64,000 nucleotides of DNA from the human T2T-CHM13v2.0 reference genome, Homo sapiens, in NCBI RefSeq assembly GCF_009914755.1, contig NC_060937.1; one strand, given 5' to 3'. Made by a program: the position numbers and the translations under genes. The notes beneath the pieces are model-generated. The model saw only the letters and a list, made by a program, of their open reading frames with translations. It was not told the origin of the DNA and made no database searches. This document shows positions 1 through 13,500 of this stretch, one piece after another. Numbering within the stretch: the stretch's first letter is position 1; each line of letters starts with the position of its first letter.

Positions 1-1355
1 AATGTCATCCCCATCAAGCTACCAAAGACTTTCTTCACAGAATTGGAAAAAAACTACTTTAAAGTTCATATGGAACCAAAAAAGAGCCCACATCACCAAG
101 TCAATCCTGAACCACAAGAACAAAGCTGGAGGCATCACGCTACCTGACTTCGAACTATACTACAAGGCTACAGTAACCAAAACAGCATGGTACTGGTACC
201 AAAACAGAGATATAGATCAATGGAACAGAACAGAGCCCTCAGAAATAACGCTGCATATCTACAACTATCTGATCTTTGATAAACCTGAACAAAACAAGCA
301 ATGGGGAAATGATTCCCTATTTAGTAAATGGTGCTGGGAATACTGGCTAGCCATATGTAGAAAGCTGAAACTGGATCCCTTCCTTACACCTTATACAAAA
401 ATTAATTCAAGGTGGATTAAAAAGTTAAACATTAGACCTAAAACCATAAAAATCCTAGAAGAAAACCTAGACATTACCATTCAGGACATAGGCATGGGCA
501 AGGACTTCATGTCTAAAATACCAAAAGCAATGGCAACAAAAGCCAAAATTGACAAATGGGATCTAATTAAACTAAAGAGCTTCTGCACAGCAAAAGAAAC
601 TACCATCAGAGTGAACAGGCAATGTACAAAATGGGAGAAAGTTTTCAACACCGAGTCATCTGACAAAGGGCTAATATCCAGAATCTACAATGAACTCAAA
701 CAAATTTACAAGAAGAAAACAAAAAACCCCATCAAAAAGTGGGCGAAGGACATGAACAGACACTTCTCAAAAGAAGACATTTATGCAGCCAAAAAAACAC
801 GTGAAAAAATGCTCACCATCACTGGCCATCAGAGAAATGCAAATCAAAACCACAATGAGATACCATCTAACACCAGTTAGAACGGCAATAATTAAAAAAT
901 CAGGAAACAACAGTTGTTGGAGAGGATGTGGAGAAATAGGAACACTTTTACACTTTTGATGGGGCTGTAAACTAGTTCAACCATTGTGGAAGTCAGTGTG
1001 GTGATTCCTCAGGGATGTAGAGCTAGAAATACAATTTGACCGAGCCATCCCATTACTGGGTATATACCCAAAGGACTATAAATCATGCTGCTGTAAAGAC
1101 ACATGCACATGTATGTTTATTGCAGCACTCTTCACAATAGTAGAGACTTGGAACTAACCCAAATGTCCAACAATAACAGACTGGATGAAGAAAATGTGGC
1201 ACATATACACCATGGAATACTATGGAGCCATAAAAAATGATGAGTTCATGTTCTTTGTAGGGACATGGATGAAATTGGAAATCATCATTCTCAATAAACT
1301 ATCACAAGGACTAAAAACCAAACACTGCATGTTCTCACTCATAGGTGGGATTTGA
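1..1355 (+). pseudogene. Disrupted L1 ORF2 C-terminal remnant
   Basis: Frameshifts lie in A-runs at ~48-55 and ~791-797, where the translation leaves the ORF2 frame. The native ORF2 stop region ATAGGTGGGA-TT-TGA is at ~1341-1355. Confidence 0.9.
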
Positions 1356-1586
1356 GCAATGAGAACACATGGACACAGGAAGGGGAACATCACACTCTGG
1401 GGACGGATGTGGGGTAGGGGGAGGGGGGAGGGATAGCATTAGGAGATATACCTAATGCTAAATGACGAGTCAATGGGCTCAGCACACCAACATGGCACAT
1501 GTACACATATGTAACAAACCTGCACAATGTGCACATGTACCCTAAAACTTAAAGTATCATAATAATACAATAAAATAAATTAAAAC
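1..1586 (+). mobile_element. LINE-1 (L1PA3-like), 3' part of ORF2 + 3'UTR + degenerate poly(A); runs off the window start
   Basis: The ORF at 2..880 translates to L1 ORF2 C-terminal sequence ([45 protein letters not shown]). The 3'UTR has a G-rich tract (~1410-1432), GTACCCTAAAACTTAAAGTAT and an A-rich tail at ~1560-1586. GAAATTGGAAATCATCATTCTC..CAAGGAC fits PA3 as I recall the consensus. Confidence 0.97.
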
Positions 1587-4500
1587 AAAAACTATACAGC
1601 AGTACTCTGAGAAACTTCCTTGCAATGTGTACACTGAACTCTCGCAGTTGAACATATCTTTGGATTGAACGGGTTTGAAAATATCTTTTTGTAGAACCTG
1701 GAAGTGGATATATGGAGCCCTTTGCGGCCTACAGTGTAAAAGGAAATATCTTCACAAAAAAACTACACAGAAGCATTCTGAGAAACTTCTTTGTGAAGGG
1801 TGCATTCATCTCACAGACTTCAACCTTTCTTTTGATTGACCAGTTTAGAAACTTTTTTTGTAGAATGTGCAAGTGGATATTTGGAACGCTTTGGGGACTA
1901 TTGTGGAAAAGGAAATATCTTTACATAAAAACTACACAGAAGCATTCTGAGAAGTTTCTTTGTGATGTGTGCATTCATCTTACAAAGTTGAAACTTTCTT
2001 TTGTTTGAGCAGTTTGGAGACACTCTTTTTGTAGAATCTGCCAGTGGATATTTGGAGCCGTTTGAGGCTTATGGTGGAAAAGGAAATATCTTCAGATAAA
2101 CACTACACAGAATCATTCTGAAACACTGCTTTGTGAAGTGTGAATCCATCTCACAGAGTTGAACCTTACTTTTGATTAAGCAGTTTTGAAACGCTCTTTT
2201 TGTGGAATGTGAAAGTGGATATTTGGAGTGCTTTGAGGTCTATGGTGGAAAAACTACAAAGAAGGATTCTGAGAAACTTCTTTGTGATGTGTGCATTCAA
2301 CTCACAGATTTGAACATATCTGTGGATTGAGCAGCTTTGAAACTGCCTTTTTGTTCAATCTGCAATGGGATATTTTGAGCCCATTGCGGCCTATGTTGGA
2401 AAAGGAAATATCTTCAGATAAAAACTACACAGAAGCATTCTGAGAAACTTCTTTGTGATGTGTACATTCATCTCACAGAGTAGAACCTTTCTTTTGATTG
2501 AGCAGTTATGAAATACACTTTTTGTAGAATGTTCAAGTAGATATTTGGAGGGCTTTGAGGCCTATTGTGGAAAAGTTAATATCTTCAAATAAAAACTACT
2601 CAGAATCATTCTGAGAAACTACTTTGTGATCTGCGAATTCATCTGAAAGACTTCAAAATTTATTTTGTTTGGACAGTATGGAAACTCTTTTTATAGAATC
2701 TGCAAGTGAATATTTGGAGAGATTTGAGGCCTATGGCAGAAATGGAAATATCTTTACATGAAAACTACACAAAAGCATTCTGTGAAACTTCTTTATGATG
2801 TGTGCATTCAACTCACAGAGCTAAACCTAACTTTTGATTGACCAGTTTTGAAACTCTCTTTTGTAGAATCTGCAAGGGGATATTTGGAGTGCTTTGAGGC
2901 CTACTGTGGAAAAGGGAATATCCTCACATAAAAACTACACAGAAGCATTATGAGAAGCTTCTTTGTGATGTGTGCATTCAACTCACAGAGTTGAATATTT
3001 CTTTTGATTGTGCAGCTTGGAAACACTGTTTTTGTAGGATCTGCAAATGGATATTTGGAGCACTATGTGGTCTATTGTGGAAAAGAAAATATCTTCACAT
3101 AAAAACTTCACCGAAGCATTCTAAGAGACTTCTTTGTTATGTGTGTATTCAACTCACAGAGTTGAACCTATCTTTTGATACAGCAGTTTTGAAACTCTCT
3201 TTTTATAGAATCTGAAAATGGATATTTGGAGCCCTTTGCAGCTTATGGTGTAAAAGGAAATATCCTCACATAAAAACTATGCAGAAGCATCCTGAGAAAC
3301 TACTTTGTGATGTGCTCATTCATCTCACAGAGTTGAACTTTTCTTTTGATTGTGCAGTTTGGAAACACTCTTTTTGTAGAATCTGCAGGTGGATATTTGG
3401 AGGGTTTTGAGCCCTATGGTGGTAAAGGAAATGTCATCACATGAAAAATAAACAGAGGCATTCTGAGAAACTTCTTTGTGACTTGTGGATCCACCTCCCA
3501 GAGTTGAACCTATCGTTTGATTAAGAAGTTTTGAAACTCTATTTTGTAGAACCTGCAAGTGGATATTTGGAGCCATTTGCGGCCTATGGTGTAAAAGGAA
3601 ATATCTTCACTTTAAAACTACACAGAAACATTCTGAGACACTTCTTTGTGACGTGTGCATTTATCTCACAGAGTTGAACCTTTCTTTTGATTGAGCAGTT
3701 TGGAAACACTCTTTTTGTAGAATCTTCAAGTGGATATTTGGAGTGCTTTAAGGCCTATTGTGAAAAAGGAAATATCTTCACATAAAAACTACACAGAAAC
3801 ATTCTGAGTAACTTCTTTGTGATGTGTGCATTCATCTGACAGAGTTGAACCTCTCTTTAGTTTGAAGAGTTTGGACTCTCTTTTTGTAGAATCTGCAATT
3901 TAATATTTGGAGCACTTTGAGGCCTACGGTGGAAAAGGAAATATCTTCACATAAAAACTACACAAAACTATTATGAGAAACTTCTTTGTGGTGTGTGCAT
4001 TCAACTCACAGGGTTGAACTTATCTTTTGGTTGACCAGTTTTGAAACTCTCTTTTTGTAGAATCTGCAAGTGGATATTAGGAAACCCTTGTGGCCTATGG
4101 TGGAAAAGGTAATATCTTCACATAAAAAGTACACAGAAGCATTCTGAGAAACTCTTTGTAATGTGAGCATTCATCTCACAGATTTGCACCTCTGTTTTGA
4201 TTGAGCAGTTTCAATCTGCAAGTGTATATTTGGAGCGTTTTGTGGCTATGGTAGAAAAGGAAATATCTTCTCATAAAAAGTACACAGAAGCATTCTGAGA
4301 AACTTCTTTGTGATGTATTCATTCTACTCACAGATTTGAACCTATTTTTTGATAGAGCGGTTTTGAAACTGTCTTTTTCAATAATCCGCAAGTGGATATT
4401 GGTAGCCCTATGCGGCCTAAAATGGAAAAGGAAATATCTTCACAAAAAAAACTACACAGAAGAATTTTGAGAAACTTCTTTGTGATGTGTGCATTCCTCT

Positions 4501-7500
4501 CAGAGTGTTGAACGTTTCTTTTGATTGCGCAGTTTGGAAACACTCTTTTTGCAGAATGTGCAAATTGCTATTTGTAGCACTTTGAGGCCTCTGGTGGAAA
4601 AGGAAATATCTTCACATAAAAAATACCCAGAAGCATTCTGAGAAATTTCTCTGTGATCTGTGCATTCAACTCAGAGGGTTGAATCTATCTTTTGATTGAG
4701 CATTTTGAATCTCTCTTTCTGTGGAATCTGCAAGTGGATATTTGGAGCCCTTTGCGGCCTATGGTGGAAAAAGAAATATCATCACATAAAAACTACACAG
4801 AAGCATTCTGAGAAACTTTTTGTGATGTGTGCATTCATCTCACGGGGTTGAACCTATCTTTTCATTGAGCAGCTTTGAAACTCACCTTTTGAAGAATCTG
4901 GAATGGGTATTTGGAGGCCTTTGTGGCATATGGTGCAAAAGGAAATATCTTCACATAAAAACTACACAGAAGCATTCTGAGAAACTTCTTTGTGATGTGT
5001 GCATTCAACTCACAGAGTTGAAGCTACCTTTGATTGATCAGTTTTGAATCTCTCTTTTTGTAGAAGCTGCAAGTGGATATTTGGAGCCCTTTGCAGCCTA
5101 TAGTGGAAAAGGAAGTATCTTCACATAAAAACTACACAGAAGCATTCTGAGAAACTTCTTGTTGTTGTGTGCATTCATCTCACACACTTGAACCTATCTT
5201 TTGATTGAGCAGTTTTGAAACTCTCTGTTGGTAGAATCTGAAATTGGATATCTGGAGTACTTTGGTGCCTATTGTGGAAAAGGAAATATCTTCACAAAAA
5301 AACTACATGAAAACATTCTGAGAAACTTCTTTGTGATGTATGCATTCATCTCACAGAGTTGAACCTTTCTGTCGATTCAGCAGTTTTCACATTCTTTTTG
5401 TAGAATCTGCAAGTGGATATTTGGAGCGCTTTGGGGCCTATTGTGGAAAAGGAAATATCTTCACAGAAAAATTACACAGAAGCATTCTGAGGAAGTTCTT
5501 TGTGATATGTACATTTATCTGACAGTGTTGGACATTTCTTTTGTTTGAGCAGTTTGGCATCACTCTTTTTGTAGAATCTGCAAGTGGATATTTGGAGAGT
5601 CTTGAAGCCTATGGTGTAAAAGTAAGTATCTTCACATAAAAACTATACAGAAGCAGTCTGAGAAAATTCCTTGTGGTGTGTGCATTCTTCTCACAGAGTT
5701 GAACCCATGTTATGATTGAGCAGTTTTGAGACACTCTTTCTGTAGAAACTGCAAGTGGATATTTGGAGCGCTTTGAGGCCTGTTGAATAAAAGGAACTAT
5801 CTTCATATAAAAACTACACAGAATCATTGTGAGAAACTAGTTTGTGATGAGTGCATTCATAACACAGAGTTGAACCTATCTTTTGATTCAGTAGTTTTGA
5901 ATCTCTCTTTTTGTAGAATCTGCAGGTAGATATTTGGAGCCTTTTTCAACCTACTGTGGAAAAGGAAATATCTTGAAATAAAAACTACACGGAAGGCTTC
6001 TGAGAATGTTCTTTGTGATGTGTGCATTCATCTCACAGTGTTGAACCTTTCTTTTGGTAGAGCAGTTTTGAAACACAGTTTTTGAAAAATCTGCAAGAGG
6101 ATATTTTGAGCGCTTTGATGCCTACTGTGGAAAAGTAAATATTTTCACATAAAAACTACGCAGAGGCATTCTGAGTAACTCCTTTGTGATGTGTGCATTT
6201 ATCTCACAGAGTTGAACCTTCTTTTTGATTGAGCAGATTTGAAACACTCTTTCTGTTAATCTTCAAGTGGATATTTTGAGCACTTTGAGGACTATAGTGG
6301 AAAAGGAAATATCTTCACATAAAACTACACAGAAGCATTCTGAGAAACTTCTTTGTCATGTGAGCATTCAACACACAGAGTTGAACCTATCTTTTGAAAG
6401 AACAGTTTTGAATCGCTCTTTTTGTATAATCTGCAAAAGGATATTTGAATACCTTGTGGTCTATGGAGGAAAAGGAAATATCTTCAAATAAATACTACAC
6501 AGAAGCATTCTGAGAAACTACTTTGTGATGTGTGCATTCATCCCACAGACTTGAAACTATCTTATGATTGAGCAGTTTTGAAACACTCTCTTTGTAGAAT
6601 CTGAAAGTGGTTACTTGGGGCACTCTGGGTCCTAATGTGGAAAACGAAATATCTTTACATAAAAACTACACAGAAGGATTCTGAGAAACTACTTTGTGAT
6701 GTGTGCATTCATTTGACAGAGTTGAACCTTTCTTAAGATTGAGCAGTTTCTAAATACAGTATTTGTAGAATCTGCAAGTGGATATTTGGAGCCCTTTGAG
6801 CCCTACTGTGGAAAAACAAATATCTTCACATAAAAAACACAGAGGCATTCTGAGAAACTTCTTTGTGACGTGTGCACTCATCTCACAGTGTTGAAACTTT
6901 CTTTTGATTGAGGAGTTTTGAAACACTGTTTTTGTAGAATCTGCAGGAGGATATTTGGAGCACTTTGAGACCTATTGTGGAGAAGGAAATAATTTCACAT
7001 AAAAACTACTCTGAAATATTCTGAGAAACTAATTTGTGATGAGTGCATTCATCACACAGATTTGAAATTTTCTTTTGATTGAGCAGTTTTGAAACACTCT
7101 TTTTGTGGAACCTGCAAGTGGATATTTGGAGGGATTTTAGGCCTATTTTGGAAAAGGAAGTATCTTCACATAAAAACCACACGGAAGCATTCTGAGAAAC
7201 TTCTTTGTGATGTGTGCATTCAACTCCAGAGCTGAACCTATCTTTTGATTGAACAGTTTTAAATTTCACTTTTTTTATTATCTGCAAGTGGACATATGGA
7301 TCCGTTTGTGGCCTATGGTGCAAAAGAAAATATCTTCAAATAAAAACTACACAGAAACATCTGAGAAACTTCTTTGTGATGTGTGCATTCATCTCACAGG
7401 GTTGAACCTATCTTATCATTGAGCAGTTTTGAAACACTCTTTTTGTAGAATCTGCAAATGGCTATTTTGAGCCCTTTGTGGTCTATGGAGGAAAATAAAA

Positions 7501-10500
7501 TATCTTCAAATAAAAACTACACAGAAGCATTCTCAGAAACTTCTAGGTGATGTGTGCATTCATCTCACAGAGTTGAACCTGTCTTTTCACTGAGCAGATT
7601 TCAGACACTCTTTTTGTAGAATCAGCAAGTGGATATTTGGTGGGCTTTGATGCTTTTTGGAAAGGAAATATCTTCACATAAATACTACACAGAAGCTTTC
7701 TGAGAAACTTCCTTGTGATATATGCATTCATCTCCCAGAGATAAAACTTTCTTTTGATTGAGCAGCTTTGAAGCACTCGTTTGTAGAATCTGCAAGTGGA
7801 TATTTGGAGACCTTTGTGGCTTATGGTGGAAAGAGAAATACCTTCACATAAAAACTACACAGAAGCATTCTGAGAAACTTCTTTGTGATGTGTGTATTCA
7901 ACTCACAGCCTTGAACCTATCTCTTGATTGAGCAGTTTTGGATCTCTCTTTTTCTAAAATCTGCAAGTGGATATTTGGAGCCCTTTGCGGTCCTTGGCGG
8001 CAAAGGAAATATCTTCAAATAAAAACTACACAGAAGCACTCTGAGAAACATCTTGATGATGTGTGCATTCAAATCACAGAGGTGAACTTATCTTATGATT
8101 GAGCAGTTTTGAAACACTCTCTTTGTAGAATCTGAAAGTGGATACTTGGAGCACTTTGAGTGTTATTGGGGAAAAGGAAATATCTTCAAATAAAAACTAG
8201 ACAGAAGCATTCTGAGAAACTTCTTTGTGATGTGTGCATTCATCTCTCACAGTTGAAACTTTCTTTTGATTGAGGAGTTTTGAAACACTCTTTTTGTAGA
8301 ATCTGCAAGTGGATATTTGGAGCGCTTTGAGGCCTACTTTGGAAAAGCAATTATCTTTACTTAAAAACTACACAGAAGCATTCTGAGAAAATTTTTTGAT
8401 GTGTGCGTTCATCTCACACAGTTGAAACATTCTTTTGATTGGGCAGTTTTGAAACACTCTTTCTGTAGAATCTGCAAGTGGATATTTTGAGCATTTTGAG
8501 GCCTATAGTGGAAAATGAAATATCTTCACATAAAAACTACACAGAATCATTCTGAGAAACATCTTTGTCATGAGAACATTCATCTCACAGAGTTGAACCT
8601 ATCTTTTCAAAGAGCAGCTTTGAATCTCTCTTTTTGTAGAAACTGAAAGAAGATATTTGTAGTCCTTTGCAGCATATGGCGGAAAAGGAAATGTCTTCAA
8701 ATAAATACTACACAGAACCATTCTGAGAAACTTCTTCGTGGTGTGTGCATTCATCCCACAGACTTGAAATTATCTTATGATTGAGCAGTTTTGAAACACT
8801 CTCTTTGTAGAATCTGAAAGTGGATACTTGGAGTGCTGTGGGTCCTATTGTGGAAAAGGAAATATCTTCACATAAAAACTACACAGAAGGATTCTGAGAA
8901 ACTACTTTGTGCTGTGTACATTCATCTCACAGAGTTGAACCTTTCTTTTGATTGAGCAGTTTTGAAGCACTGTTTTTGTAGAATCTGCAAGTGGATACTT
9001 GGAGCGCTTTGAGGCCTACTGTGGAAAAGCAAATATCTTCACATAAAAACTACACAGAGGCATTCTGAGAAATTTCTTTGTGATGTGTGCATTCATCTCA
9101 CAGAGTTGAAATTTCTTTTGATTTAGCAGTTTTAAAACACTGTTTTTGTGGATCTGAAAGTGGATATTTGGAGCGCTTTGAGGCCTATTGTGGAAAAGGA
9201 AATAATTTCACATAAAAACTACTCTGAAACATTCTGAGAAACTAATATGTGATGAGTGCATTCATCACACAGAGTTGAACCTTTCTTTTGACTGAGCAGT
9301 TTTAAAACACTCTTTTTGTAGAATCTGCAAGTGGATATTTGGAGGGCTTTGAGGTCTACTTTGGAAAAGGAAATACCTTCACATAAAAACTACACAGGAG
9401 CATTCTGAGAAACATCTTTGTGATCTGTGCATTCAACTCTCAGAGTTGAACCTATCTTTTGATTGAACGGTTTTGAATCTCACTTTTTTTATTATCTGCA
9501 AGTGGATATTTGGTGCCCTTTGCGGCGTACAGTGGAAAAGGAAATATCTTCAAATAAAAACTCACAGAAGCATTCTGAGAAACTTCTATGTGATGTGTGC
9601 CTTAATATCACAGAGTTGAACCTATGTTATTATTGAGAAGTTTGGAAACACTATTTTTGCAGAATCTGCAAGTGGATATTTGGAGGGCTTTGAGGTCTAC
9701 TTTGGAAAAGGAAATACCTTCACATAAAAACTACACAGGAGCATTCTGAGAAACATCTTTGTGATCTGTGCATTCAACTCTCAGAGTTGAACCTATCTTT
9801 TGATTGAACGGTTTTGAATCTCACTTTTTTTATTATCTGCAAGTGGATATTTGGTGCCCTTTGCGGCGTACAGTGGAAAAGGAAATATCTTCAAATAAAA
9901 ACTCACAGAAGCATTCTGAGAAACTTCTATGTGATGTGTGCCTTAATATCACAGAGTTGAACCTATGTTATTATTGAGAAGTTTGGAAACACTATTTTTG
10001 CAGAATCTGCAAGTGGATATTTGGAGGGCTTTGAGGTCTACTTTGGAAAAGGAAATACCTTCACATAAAAACTACACAGGAGCATTCTGAGAAACATCTT
10101 TGTGATCTGTGCATTCAACTCTCAGAGTTGAACCTATCTTTTGATTGAACGGTTTTGAATCTCACTTTTTTTATTATCTGCAAGTGGATATTTGGTGCCC
10201 TTTGCAGCATACAGTGGAAAAGGAAATATCTTCAAATAAAAACTCACGGAAGCATTCTGAGAAACTTCTATGTGATGTGTGCCTTAATATCACAGAGTTG
10301 AACCTATGTTATTATTGAGAAGTTTGGAAACACTATTTTTGTAGAATCTGCAAGTGGATATTTGGAGCACTTTGAGGCATATGGTGTAAAAGGAAATATC
10401 TTCACGTAAAAACTACACAGAAGCATTCTGAGAAACTTCCTGGTGATGTGGGCCTTCATCTCCCAGAGTTGAAACTTTCTTTTGATTGAGCAGCTTAGAA

Positions 10501-13500
10501 ACACTCTTTTTGTAGAATCTGCAAGTGGATATTTGGAGCCCTTTGTTTCTTATGGTGGTCAAGGAAATATCTTCCCATAGAAACTACACAGAATCATTCT
10601 GAGAAACTTCATTGTGATGTGTGAATTCATCTCACAGAGTTGAACCTATATTATGGTTTAGCAGTTTTCAAACACTCTCTTAGAAGAATCTGCAAGTGGA
10701 ACCATGGAACGATTTGAGGCATATTGTGGAAAAGGAAATATGTTCACATAAAAACTACACAAAAGCCTTCTGAGAAAGTTCTTTGTGATGTGTGCATTCA
10801 ACTCACAGAGTCTAATCTGTCTTTTGATTGAGCAGTTTTGAAATACTGTTTTTGTAGAATCTGCAAGTGGATATTTGTTGGGCTTTGAGGCCTATTTTGG
10901 AAAAGGAAATATGCTCACATAAAAACTACACAGAAGCATTCTGAGAAACTTCTTTGTGACGTGTGCATTCAACTCAATGTCTTGAACCTATCTTTTGATT
11001 GAGCAGTTTTGGATCTCTCTTTTTCTAGGATCTGCAAGTGGATATTTGGAGCCCTTTGCTGTGCATGGAGGCAAAGGAAACATCTTCAAATAAAAACTAC
11101 ACAGAAGCATTCTGAGAAACTTCTTTGTGATATGTGCATTCAACTCACAGAATTGAACTTATCTTTTGCTTGAGCCGTTTTGAATGTCTCCTTTTGTAGA
11201 ATCTGCAAGTGGATATTTGGAGCCCTTTGCAGCCAATTGAGAAAAAGGAAATATCTTTAAATAAAAACTACACAAAAGCATTCTGAGAAACTTCTTCGTG
11301 GTGTGTACATTCAACTCACAGAGTTGAACCTATCTTTTTATTGAGCAGTTTTGAATTTTGCTTTTTGTAGAATCTGCAAGTGGATTTTTGAAGCCCTTTG
11401 CAGTCTATGGAGGAAAAGGAAATATCCTGAAATAAATACTACACAGAAGCATTCTGAGAAACTTCTTTGTGATGTGTCCATTCATCTTATAGATTTGAAC
11501 CTATCTTATGATTGAGCAGTTTTGAAACACTCTCTTTGTAGAATCTGCAAGTGGATACTTGGAGGGATTTCAAGCCTGTTGTGGAAAAGGAAATATCTTC
11601 ACATAAAAACTGCACAGAAGCACTCTGAACAACTTCTTTGTGATGTGTGCATTCATCTCACAGAGATGAACCTTTCTTTTGATTGTGCAGTTTTGAAACA
11701 CTTTTTTTGTAGAATCTGCTACTGGATGTTTGGAGCCCTTTGCAGCCTATATTGGAAAAGGAAATATCTTCAGATAGAAACTACAGAGAAACATTCTGAG
11801 AAACTTATTTGTGATGTGTGCATTCAACTCACAGAGTTGAACTTTTGTTTTGATTGAGAAGTTTTGAAACACTCTTTTTGTATAAACTGCAAGTTGATAT
11901 TTGGAGCCCTTTGCAGCATATGGTGAAACAGGAAATACCTTCACATAAAAACTACACAGCAGCATTCTGAGAAACTTCTCTGTGATGTGTGCATTCATCT
12001 AACAGAGTTGAAACTTTCTTTTGTTTGAGCAGTTTTGAAACACTCCTTTTGTATAATCTGCAAGTGGATATTTGGAGCGCACTGAAGCCTGTTGTAGAAA
12101 AGGAAATATCTTCACATAAAAACTACACAGAATCATTCTGAGAAAATACTTTGTGATGTCTGCATTCAACTCAGAGAACTGAATGGATTTTTTGATTGAA
12201 CAGTTTTGAAACTCTCTTTTTGTAGGATCTGGAAGTGGGTATGTGGAGCCGATTGTGTCCTATGGTGGAAAAGGAAATATGTTCACATAAAACCTACACA
12301 GAAGCATTCTGAGAAACTTTGCTGTGATGTGTGCATTCATCTCAAATAGTTGAACATTTCTTTTGATTGAGCAGTTTGGAAACACACATTTTGTAGAATC
12401 TTCAAGTAGATATTTAGAGAGCTTTGAGGCCTCCAGTGGAAAAGGAATTATCTTCAATTAAAAACTACCCAGAAGGATTCTGAGAAACTTCTTTGTGATT
12501 TGTGCACTCATCTCACAGAGTTGAACATTTCTTATGATTGTGCAGTTTTGAAACCCTGTTTTTGTAGAATCAGCAAGTAGATATTTGGAGATATTTGAGG
12601 TCTATTGTGGAAAAGGAAATATCTTCACATAAACACTTCACAGAAGCATTCTGATAGACTCTTTTGTGATGCGTGCATTCAACTGACAGAGTTGAACCTG
12701 TTTTCATTTAGCAGTTTTGAAACTTTCTTTTCGTAGAATCTGGAAGTGGGTATTTGAAGCCGTTTGTGTCCTATGGTGGAAAAGGAAATAACTTCACGTA
12801 AAAACTACACAGAAGCATTCTGAGAAACTTCTTTGTGATGGGTGCATTCTTCTCACAAGGTTGAAACTACGTTTTGATTGAGCAGTTTTGAATTTCTCTT
12901 TTTGTAGAATCTTAAAGGGAACATTTGGAGCCCTTTGCGGCCTATGGTGGAAAAGGAAATATCTTCCCATAAAAACTACACAGAAGCATTCTGAGAAAAT
13001 TCTTTGTGATGTGTGCATTCATCTCACGGAGTTGAACCTTTCTTTTGATTGAGCAGATTGAAAAACTCTTTTTGAAGAATCTGCAAGTGGATATTTGGAG
13101 CCCTTTGCGGCCTATGGTGGAAAAGGAAGTATCTTCCCATAAAAACTACACAGAAGCATTCTGAGAAACTACATTGTGATGTGTGCATTCATCTCACAGA
13201 GTTGAGCCTATCTTTTCATTGAGCACTTTTGAATCTGTCCTTTTGTAGGACCTGCAAGTGTATATTTGGCGAACTCTGTGGCCTATGGTGGAAAAGGAAA
13301 TATCTTCCAAAAAAATACATAGAATCATTCTGAGAAAATTCTTTGTGATGTTAGCATTCATCTAACAGAGTTGAACATTTATTTTTATTGAGCAGTTAGG
13401 AAACACTTTTTTTGTAGAATCTGCAAATGGATATTCAGACCGCTTTGAGGCCTTTGGTGGAAAAGGAAATGTGTTCATTTAAAAACCACACAGAAGCATT

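Noticed and set aside
2-880. Potentially functional reverse transcriptase protein
   Set aside because: It is a frameshifted fragment. The other four L1 copies are truncated or rearranged and lack the 5'UTR and ORF1.
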